Of a DNA stretch of 20,000 bases, positions 9,729 through 18,544 are shown piece by piece. The stretch's first letter is position 1. Each line of letters opens with the position of its first letter. Source of the stretch: Eremomyces bilateralis CBS 781.70 (taxonomy: Eukaryota); NCBI GenBank assembly GCA_010015585.1, contig ML975164.1; one strand, written 5' to 3'. The notes under the pieces are model-generated. The model made no database searches and was not told the origin of the DNA. It saw nothing but the letters and a program-made list of their open reading frames with translations. The translations under genes were made by a program, and so were the position numbers.

Positions 9729-11451
9729 TGCGGCGTGCAAATAGAGGGAAATGTTGGTCGTTAATCGTAGCAGAATCCAGCCAAAGACGTAGCCAGAGTT
9801 GAGCTTCGGTGGGGACACCAACTAAAGGATTGGGTACATATGAGCAGGTCAGAAGCTACAGGTACTTATGCCCATTCGTCCTGGCGATGGTTCATAATAT
9901 TCATGAAGTATGAAGATGAAGAGTTCAAGATGGAAGTACCATGCTGTAGCGTAGCAAAAGCAGTCTAACCCGTAATGGCAAAGCACACGTCATTCATACT
10001 TGAATTGGATTTTGATATTACAATATTCGATGGTGTGGTTTAATTAGCGCGTTTATTCCCTTACGACTTTTCCATCTTTGTTCTTTCCTCTAATCCGTAA
10101 ACTCTCCCCATCTAATTACATATTTTCGAAAGAATTGCGAAATCTCCTCTCCGTCCACGTTCCCGCCCTTCGCCTCCTTCACCCTCCTCGCCTTTCCTTG
10201 TGCCTTTTCCCAACGGGCTCCTGTCACCGAATCGCTCCCCCTACTCGCTCGCGCATGACTGACACGACTCCTCTCCCACCTGCGACTAGCCTCTGCCGCA
10301 ACAGAAGGGACAGAAGGGCCGGCCGCGGTGACCTCGAGGCATTTGAAGACCGGAAGAACGTGTCGATAAGCATCGTGTGCCAAAACCAAGCCGGCTTGGA
10401 GAGTAATCGGGATAATTATAGAGGGTGAGGTGAGCAGGGCGGCAGAGGTACCGGCCGTAACCAGTCTAAAAACTCCACAATCAAGGGTTCCTAGTTCGAC
10501 GAAGGATGGAGGATAATATTTCTATTTCTATTTTCGCGCTTATTATAAATAGAGTCAACCAGAGTCTTATAAGACATTGCTTCAAATTTAGAGGGCGTAC
10601 AGCGCCCGTTGGCCGCCGGAATGGAAAGGTAGTTGATGCTCGCTTTCGACACGGTGTTGTCGAATGGTCTTGGCGTTAGCTCCGCCCTACCTTTGCAGCC
10701 GACAGCTGCTCTCTAGCAGTGGACAGCAGCAAGGCAGGAGTGTTGATTGGCGAGCTTTGCAAATGGATTCGCTACTTGAGGATGAACCTCATCTGGGTAC
10801 TTCGTACAGACATGAACTCACTCCCAGGCGTTCGCATGCCCACGTACAGAGCAACATGCGCCAGAAGAGAGCAACAACCGGCAGCTAACAAAACTTAACC
10901 TCGCGACTCCAAGCTCATGTCAGGCAGCACTCAACTCATTAGCGGTGTGTCCGCCAACCAGAATTCGCAGGTTGTAGCTGGCACTATCCATGGATCTGTG
11001 AACTTTGGGAGCAGCGAAAGTGAGAGTGCTTAGTTGGCTGTGGCCTCAAAGCAGCAGGAAGCTGACTGGCAATCTAGACTTGAACGATGTGCTCAGCTCC
11101 CTCCCCACCTCAGAGGACGCGCCGTTCAATACATACCAGCGACAACCCGACCCGGCCTGCCTTCCCGATGCCCGCGTTGATCTCCTTCAAAAGATCTACA
11201 TCTGGGCTGATGGCCGAGACGAGCGCTGTATTTTCTGGCTGAACGGCTTGGCCGGCACGGGCAAGTCGACAATTGCGCGCACTGTCGCCCGCAGGCGCTT
11301 CGATGAGCAGCAACTCGGAGCCAGCTTCTTCTTCTCGCGTGGCGGTAGAGATGTCAACCATGCAGACAAGTTCATCACGAGCATTGCGTGGCAGCTGGCG
11401 AACAACATACCCTCTCTCCACCAGCACATTTGCGATGCCATCATAGAGCGC

Positions 11452-11523
11452 CGCGACATTGCGAGTCAGTCCCTCCGCGACATTGCGAGTCAGTCCCTCC
11501 GCGACATTGCGAGTCAGTCCCTC
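11452..11523 (+). repeat. Perfect 24-bp tandem triplication (RDIASQSL x3) inside the NACHT domain
   Basis: CGCGACATTGCGAGTCAGTCCCTC at 11452, 11476 and 11500, followed by CGTGAC. Confidence 0.97.
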
Positions 11524-12960
11524 CGTGACCAGTGGCAGCAGCTTATCCTACGTCCACTATTAAAGCTAGGTGAAAACGGCGGCCAGTCCTCGTACACGTC
11601 GTTGATGCGCTCGATTAGTGCGACGGTGACAATAATATCCGGATTATCATACACCTCTTGGCTGAAGCTCGATTATTAAAGACGGTTCGACTACGAGTCT
11701 TGCTGACCAGCCGATCTGAGATTCCAATCCGATATGGATTCCGTCAGCTACCGAATGCGAATCTCCAGGATATTGTACTTCACGGCATATCACCCTCAAT
11801 CGTAGATCACGATATCTCTGTTTTCTTCGAGTACAATCTTAAGCTCATTGGACAGGAGCACTCTCTGGATGACTCCTGGCCAGGCGAAGAGATTATCAGA
11901 AGCCTGATCCAGATTGCAGGGGGATTGTTCATTTGGGCCGCAACCGCTTGTCGGTTCATTCAAGAAGGTGTTTTCGCAGACGAAAGAGTGCAAACTTTGC
12001 TAGAAGGCAGTACCTATATTCCTGCACAGGAAGAGCATCCGGAAGTACAACTTAATAAGCTCTATACTACCGTCCTAAAGGAATCTATCTGGTCAGGTTA
12101 CTCAGCAAAGGAGAAGGAAGCATTATATGGCATGCAAAAACACATTCTTGGAAGCATCGTGGTTCTCTTCTCCCCGCTCTCTACCAGCTCGCTTCACAGG
12201 CTGCTTAATATCACCAAGCAAAGGATCGATCAGGTGCTCAGGGAACTTCATGCGATTCTAGATGTCCCCAAGGTCGGCATATATCCACTTCGTCTGCATC
12301 ACCCTTCGTTTCGCGACTTTCTCCTCGACAAAAAGAGATGCGGAGATACAAATTTCTGGGTAGACGAGAAGGAAGCTCACCATATGTTAACCAACAGCTG
12401 TATCCAGCTTATGTCGTCATCACTCAAGCAAGATATCTGTTACATGGATGCCCCCGGTATGCTTGTAGTCAATATCAAAAGAAGCCGAGTTGAACAATGT
12501 CTTCCTCCTGAAGTCCAGTACGCATGTCTTTACTGGATCCAGCACCTCCAGAAAAGCGGTGCTCGACTTTGCGACAATGATCAAGTACATCAATTCTTAC
12601 AGGAGCATCTTCTTCACTGGCTCGAGGCCCTTGGATGGATGGGGAAGCTGTCGGAAGGAGCTCATGCTATCGCATCTTTAGAGCTGTTTACTTCCGTCAG
12701 TATGCCTCTAGTACGTCAAATACATTCGCTGACACCTCGGTTAGTTAAGTAATTGCCCTGGTATTTCAAGCTTCATCTATGATGCGAAGCGGTTCGTCCT
12801 CTATAATCGGCCAGCTATCGAGCAGGCTCCCTTTCAGACGTACTATAGTGCCCTCGTATTCGCACCGACAATAAGTATAATAAGAAAGCAGTTCGTAAAC
12901 TATATACCTAGATAGATACGAAATTTGCCAATGGTCGAGGAGAAATGGAATGCGGTAATA

Positions 12961-13212
12961 CAGACGCTCGAGGGCCATTCGAACGGGGTCAACGCCGTGG
13001 CCTTCGCGCCGGACGGCAAGACGCTGGCGTCGGAATCGTGGGACCGGACGGTCAAGCTGTGGGACGCCGGGTCGGGCGCGCTGCAGCAGACGCTCGAGGG
13101 CAATTCGAGCGGGGTCAACGCCGTGGCCTACGCACCGGACGGCAAGACGCTGGCGTCGGCATCGGGCGACGGGACGGTCAAGCTGTGGGACGCCGGGTCG
13201 GGCGCGCTGCAG
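12961..13212 (+). repeat. Two 126-bp high-internal-conservation WD40 repeats
   Basis: 12961-13086 and 13087-13212 differ at 8 of 126 nt by my count. They are visibly more GC-rich than the flanking coding sequence. Confidence 0.95.
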
Positions 13213-13816
13213 CAGACACTCGATATTGTAAACATCGTCTACGCTCTCTCTTTCTCCAATGACGGTACCTCTCTCCAGACGGACCGTGGATCCTTACCTA
13301 TTTTATCGCCTCTCTCTGATGGTATAGGTGTGACCAGTTTACAACATCCATCTTCTATCTTTGTCAATGACCACTGGGTGAGTAGCCATACAGAGCGGAT
13401 TCTTTGGCTTCCTCCCGAGTATCGGCCACATTGCATTGCCGTGTATGGGGGTATTGTTGCTTTCGGATATATCTGGAAGAGTTATGACCATGGAATTTAC
13501 TTTATGATATTTCCCTAAGCTTTATTTAACCTCCTCCCTGCCCACCTTCCTTACACATGGTGTCTTTTATATACTACATGAATAGCACGAGTGGCGGCAG
13601 CCGATGAGTAATGTTTGATTAGAAATCTAAAGGCTTTAAAGCCTGATTGGTGCTAGTTAACTATTATTGAGAGTGTTAAGAAATAGTGCCTGTCCCTAGG
13701 CGTCTCCACTGCTTGCTGCTCAGGCGTTGCTGCTGTGGCGTCAAGGTGTGGCGGAGGTTGTAAATACCGTATGATACGATAAAGACGTAATATCTGGCGA
13801 CATTTCGAAACAAAGT

Positions 13817-14365
13817 TTGCGCTGCGCTTGGGCGGAAGCCAGTTTCGCTAGCGACGGCTCTCGACAGAGGAACAGGGCGTACCTACTAAAGCAGCTCAGA
13901 GCAGGGCACTCGTGGCTTGCATCTCATGCCAAAATCCCCGGCTTTCGAGATGGTGACCAATCCGAATGCGGAAGAGAGGCGGTGGTACACGTCCTGGTGG
14001 ACTGTCCGAATCTCAGAAAGCTAAAACAACAGCTTCAGAAGAAGATGGGAGACGCTTTCAACAGTATCACCGGAATGCTTGGAGGGAGACCTAGGACCAA
14101 GAGAACCAAGGGATGGAAAGTTGACAGCGATGTGCTAGACGCAGTGCTTGATTTTGCGGAAGCATCTAAGAGATTCACATCAAGGGCTCCAGAGCGGCCT
14201 CAAATCAGGGGTCGCGGACATGGTGATCACCGTATTAGGCCTTAACGAGGCAAAAACTTCGTGCATGAAGCAGTATCGTGTAAATTAGCTCAGGAAGGAC
14301 AGACCTGGGTAGTGGTAGCCTGCATATCCCATGGGAAAGGTCAGGGTAAATGAATCAACGACGAC
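13817..14365 (+). mobile_element. 3' fragment of a non-LTR (LINE, Tad1-like) retrotransposon
   Basis: QLRAGHSWL..H...ECGREAVVHVLVDCP is the degenerate C-terminal CCHC zinc knuckle region of fungal LINE pol. Stop at 14245, then a short 3' UTR ending GTAAATGAATCAACGACGAC. Confidence 0.8.
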
Positions 14366-14614
14366 TACTGTACAGCGAAGCCCCGAAGAAAATGACCTTG
14401 AGAACTCCCGGTATTTTCCTGCACTTCTCAAGGTCAAGTTCCCTAAATCTTAAGATACGGAAGTATTATTATTGTCCATTTGTCCATTCATTCAAAAGTC
14501 TCTATTGCTATTAAATATCATGGTATCTCAAAGACGCGTGCTTCGCTATGTAACGCATCATGCCATGCCAATCATTCGTTGATGACCATTCGCCAGTTCA
14601 ACCGGGCAATGCTC

Positions 14615-16417
14615 TTAATACGTCCTGGGTTCCAACAACGTTCGTCCCACTGGCTTCACATTTTCTCCAAACCCTTCGGTCCTCGAATGGATTTTTCGCC
14701 CTCGGAGCCAAGTCTCCTTCACGACGCCCTTCAACTTCAACCCTTCGTAAGGTGAGCATTTATTCCTGAAAAGCATCGTAGAATGCTCGACCTGCTCTCA
14801 GCGTTAACGTCCCGTCGATGCAATTAAGCTGCTATTGCGGCCAAAACTTACCGTGAATTCTCCACAATCGTCAAACACTGCGACGTCCCCGTCATATCCA
14901 ACCGCCAGATCCCCCTTCTTCCCCAACAATCCCACCTGCTTCGCCGTGTTCCGACAACACCACTCCACCACATCCTCAATCCCGACGTCCCCGCCCCGCT
15001 TCTGCGCCTCCGTCCACAGGATCGGAAGACCCAGCCCCACGCTACTAATCCCGCCCCACGCCGCGAAAAAGTCGCCGCGATCCGCCACCTCCGCGCTTGC
15101 GTTGCCCTCCCGCACCACCGCTACCTCCGTCACGGCGTCTGCGTCCTCGGAACTGGCCGGGGACGGACTCTCACTGCCGGACACGCACCCTGACGCGCTA
15201 TCGCTCGCGTCGCTGTCGTTGCCGCAACACCCTGACACCACGCACGCGGACCCGCCGGCCACGTTTGGCGGCAGGATCTTTAGGTTGGGTGTACAGGGCG
15301 AGTGGTCCGAGACGACGGTCTTGATGACGCCTTCCGCGGCGCTCCTCTGTAGCTCATCCCACAGGACGTCCTGGTTCGCCTGCTCGCGGATGGGCGGACA
15401 ACACTTATGACGAGTGTCACCATCAGCGATCTCTTCGGCAGCGAGGCTGAGGTAGTGGAAACAAGTTTCGGCGGTGATGTTGATGCCGTCGGCGCGGGCG
15501 GCGCGGAGGATTGGGATGGCTTGGGTGGCGGAGAGGTGGACGATGTGGAGGGGGAGGTTGGGGGCGAGGTGGGCGAGGGAGACGATCTGTTCGATTGCGT
15601 AGGTTTCGAAGGAGGGGGGGCGGGAGTCGAGGAAGGTGCGGTAGGCAGTGAGGGAGCCGGTGGGGGCGAGGGGCGGGAGGGATTGTTGTACGTCGTCGCC
15701 GACGGAGGCGGTGACTGGGGGAATCATCTCGGCGTGGAACATGGCGGTGGTGGGTTGGTCGGCTAGCTCCTGGAAGGCTTTTGAGATGTCTTCGGCCGAG
15801 ACGGCGGGGAATTCGGGGACCTGATATTGGGTTAGGAATCACGTGAGGCAAGACGAGGCGTGAGGAGGAATACTCACACCACTGTCTATTAAGAAGCCTT
15901 TGAAGCCTCGAACTCCGGCCTTCACGAGTGGAATAAGTTCCTTCTCATTGCCAGGGATGATACCTCCATAAAACCCAACATCGACCCAGCACTTCCCCTG
16001 CGCGGCATCGATCTTTTCCCGGAAGCCATCCACGGTCGTAGTGGGCGGGATAGCGTTGAGCGGCATGTCGACGACAGTGGTGACACCACCGAAGGCCGCG
16101 GCGCGAGTGCCATGCCAGAATCCTTCCCATTCCGTGCGGCCGGGCTCATTAAGATGGACGTGAGCATCGACAAGGCCGGGGATGAGGATGTGCGGAGAGT
16201 GGTCGACATATGGAGTGCCGGCGGGGAAATAGGTCGGAGGTAAGACGGAGTGGAAGATACTGGAGATTTTCCCGGTGGCAGTGCTGATGACAATGGTGGC
16301 CTCAGTTAAGCGGCCATCCACTACAGCCCGTGACGAAGCTAAGACTGTGACAGGGGAAACGGGTGGCGGTGATGATGATGGGATGTCCGAAGCGGTCTGG
16401 TAGGTAGTGGAAGCCAT
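14615..16417 (-). CDS. DAL1: Allantoinase, 561 aa; exons 16417-15878, 15820-14852, 14791-14615
   Basis: Motifs [97 protein letters not shown] and RNKCSPYEG. Phase-0 introns 15877-15821 (gtgagt..ctaac..cag) and 14851-14792 (gtaagt..cag). Confidence 0.96.
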
Positions 16418-16424
16418 ATTGAGG

Positions 16425-17240
16425 CTTATCGTCTTTTACGATTGGCTGAGAGCCTTGTGCAGTGTGCACAATAGGCCGAGAGCCAGTTGCGGAGAATAAA
16501 TTGCCCTATAGAAATGCCCAAGGTCGGCAAGTAGGTGTATACGTGAATACTCAGAGCGGCAAGAAACGGACGAAGCTGATTTGCCGGCGAGCAACTGATA
16601 AGTAGACAAAGGATAGATAAGAGATGTCGCAGCTCGTGTCAGTCCAGACCGGTTAGTGAGCGAACAAGAAGACTCAGATATTGAACGAAAGAACCTGAAA
16701 GAACAGCGAGGGTAACTGTTGTAGAGATCGAAGAACAGCAGAAGGAAAGAAACGGGAAATCCGGGGTAAGTGGCGCTTCTTATCTACAAACTAGGGACTA
16801 AGCATGCATCTTGGTATACTACTTTAAACGGTCCTCCTCCTGAATCGGAGTGGGTCTGATCTATTTTGCAAAATGCAAGCAATAAGGAGAACGCCAGAGG
16901 ATAGGTTCTAGGCCTGTATGTATGCTGTGTAGCCCTGCCGACAGGGCCGGCGATGCAGTGGGTTAGGTCTCGGACGTTCCAGAAGCATCCTAGTACAGGA
17001 CAGGAGTTACTCGATGGAAATACTAGGATGGAATGCGACGTTGAGTTAAGCAGGAATGAAAGCAGAGACTAAGTTAGAGAGTATGACTAGTTGACTACAG
17101 TGGCTCTGCGGGCGTTGGTAGTAATACGGTGGGCTAGTCAGCTGAATAGGCGGGAGTGGATGAGGATGTTGAGACGAGATGACGAGAGCAAGTCCAACGT
17201 GGCGATAAGAGGCGATCCAGGATAATTCGGCTATTACCGT
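16425..17240. promoter_or_regulatory. Allantoinase upstream region with GATA (AreA/NIT2-type) sites and a near-consensus UaY/PCO1-type site
   Basis: GATAAG or CTTATC at 16425-16430, 16597-16602, 16616-16621, 16779-16784 and 17204-17209, and GATAAT at 17221-17226. TCGG-N6-CCGT at 17227-17240 (consensus TCGG-N6-CCGA). Confidence 0.55.
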
Positions 17241-17409
17241 AGATTACAGTACGCTAAAATGGATGCGCACAGCGGGATTCGTTCTTTGTTAGCATTGTTT
17301 CATTCCGACGCCATCTTAATTGGCCACCCAACCGTTCGAATTAATTCTCTTTCGACAATCGATATTGAGACGAAATTCCTTGCCCCGCGCTCGCAACTGT
17401 GACACCACT

Positions 17410-18490
17410 TCAAGTCCCTTAAACGTCCCTGTTTGGTGTTCCTGACCCTTTACCATGATCCAAACTTCAAAAAGGGTCCAGCTGCCCAGGTTGTGCAGCA
17501 TGATCCTGCGGAATGATGCGCTGTGCAAGGGGCTGATCCGATGCGAATTGCCCAGTCAAAATTGGCCTCAACCACGGTCGAGATTCGGCCGTCTCGGAGT
17601 GATCAGCTATGAATCAACATTCGGCACAGGCTCCTTGCTTCAGTTTGCTTGCAATTTGGGATCGGCCGCTGGTTGGGAAACGGGACGCCCAGTATTTTCT
17701 TAGGAGCGTCCCCGTCGACTAACTTGTTCCCATATTTGATATTACTCGATATGATCGAGCAAACGATTGCACTCTCGCAAGTCGCACCCGGTGCTGTTTC
17801 CGACATCACGAATTCCGGAAGATCTCCCGCCAACCCCCTGTTAGCCAATTGGGGTTCCATTTAATAACGACCAGATTTATCAGCGACTGTCGGAGGTGGC
17901 CGGCGGTGGGTTTGTTTGCCGGTATCCGTCAATACGAAACTCCCATCAATCACCTTGCTTATGGCTGTGCTGGCGCAGCTGGGCGGCATGTGAGATCACT
18001 GAGAGCAAGCCGTTACGAGATGCCGATATGCACCCTTCGAAGCGTGTCTAGCCGACATCGTCGACCCTGCGATTGGATCCGACGAAGTGTCTGGCCTCAT
18101 GATTACTCGATTAGTGTGACATATGCCCATTTCTATCGAGTAATAGAAACTGAAAATCGCCTGGGCGCGAATCGTACGAAAATTCTTCTTGGCTTTTTTA
18201 TGTTCGGAGATTTCAAGGGATATCTTAGGTAACGGCTTCGTTAAGTCCCGCTTGGTACCAGTAACCCTATGGATGTAGGAGAGGGGGAGGTCCAATATCC
18301 CCCATACCTGATGCTTCTGGTATCGATAATCTGAACGAGGCCTCGAAAGGTCAGCAAGGAGTGTAAGGCCTTATGATGCATTGCGAACCGTCACGAGGCT
18401 GCTTTGGGAAATCATGCGCTAGGTCAAATTGGGAATTTGATTAATTTCCATTATTACTACTAGCGTTGGGGACAAATCTCAGCCTTTTCA
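17410..18490 (+). ncRNA. Candidate large structured RNA element, copy C, ending about 60 nt before the HET ATG
   Basis: Nested helices 17631-17639/18353-18361, 17640-17646/18147-18153, 18202-18208/18330-18336, 18254-18261/18317-18324, 17793-17805/17888-17900, 18051-18063/18080-18095, 18102-18111/18135-18144, 17532-17538/17601-17607 and 17574-17581/17585-17592. Crossing 10-bp helix 18007-18016/18229-18238. No credible ORF. Homologous to copy A. Confidence 0.55.
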
Positions 18491-18544
18491 CATATCAGCT
18501 TTCCTTAGCTGAACTCGTGGTATTCGTCCATAACTTCAGCAACA

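Larger units (their letters stand above)
10917..13518 (+). pseudogene. HET-E-like NACHT-WD40 fungal NLR, disrupted; exons 10917-11019, 11078-12695, 12745-about 13507
   Basis: Walker A GLAGTGKSTIA, LGASFFF, Walker B VVDALD*C (TAG 11616-11618 in place of Glu) after a frameshift near 11596, then TSR, GLFIWA, HPSFRDFL, YACLYW, LHWLEAL and SALVFAP. TAG at 12913-12915 at an expected Trp. Two high-identity WD40 repeats. Probable late frameshift near 13471 (alternative frame SGRVMTMEFTL*, stop 13505-13507). Introns 11020-11077 and 12696-12744 both have gctgac branch sites. Confidence 0.9.

Noticed and set aside
10078..10428. ORFs 10078-10428 (+) and 10090-10389 (-) as the amyloid-partner effector of the NLR
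   Set aside because: No HeLo, SesB or PNP_UDP features and no matching C-terminal motif. Low-complexity sequence with no recognisable domain.
11452..11523. CRISPR-like array
   Set aside because: Head-to-tail repeats without spacers, in frame inside a eukaryotic gene.
12913..12915. TAG at a Trp position as an A-to-I editing-corrected stop
   Set aside because: The gene also has frameshifts and a Glu-to-TAG change that editing would not repair. RIP-like decay is the simpler explanation.
14835..15851. Long overlapping ORFs on allantoinase (and 6613-7139 on the hydrolase)
   Set aside because: Shadow ORFs produced by GC-rich, skewed codon usage of the real genes.
18262..18269. TAACCCTA as a telomerase RNA template within structured element C
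   Set aside because: Pezizomycotina TER templates lie near the 5' end of a single-copy RNA of about 1.5-2 kb. Here the HET ORF starts under 300 nt downstream and the element has a paralog in the same window.
17316..18295. Short ORFs across element C as protein-coding genes
   Set aside because: Mutually overlapping, no recognisable domains, and no coherent splice model.
18330..18352. Hammerhead ribozyme core (CTGAACGA..GAAA)
   Set aside because: Spacing does not fit CUGANGA-stem II-GAAA, and no stem I/III with a cleavage triplet is present.
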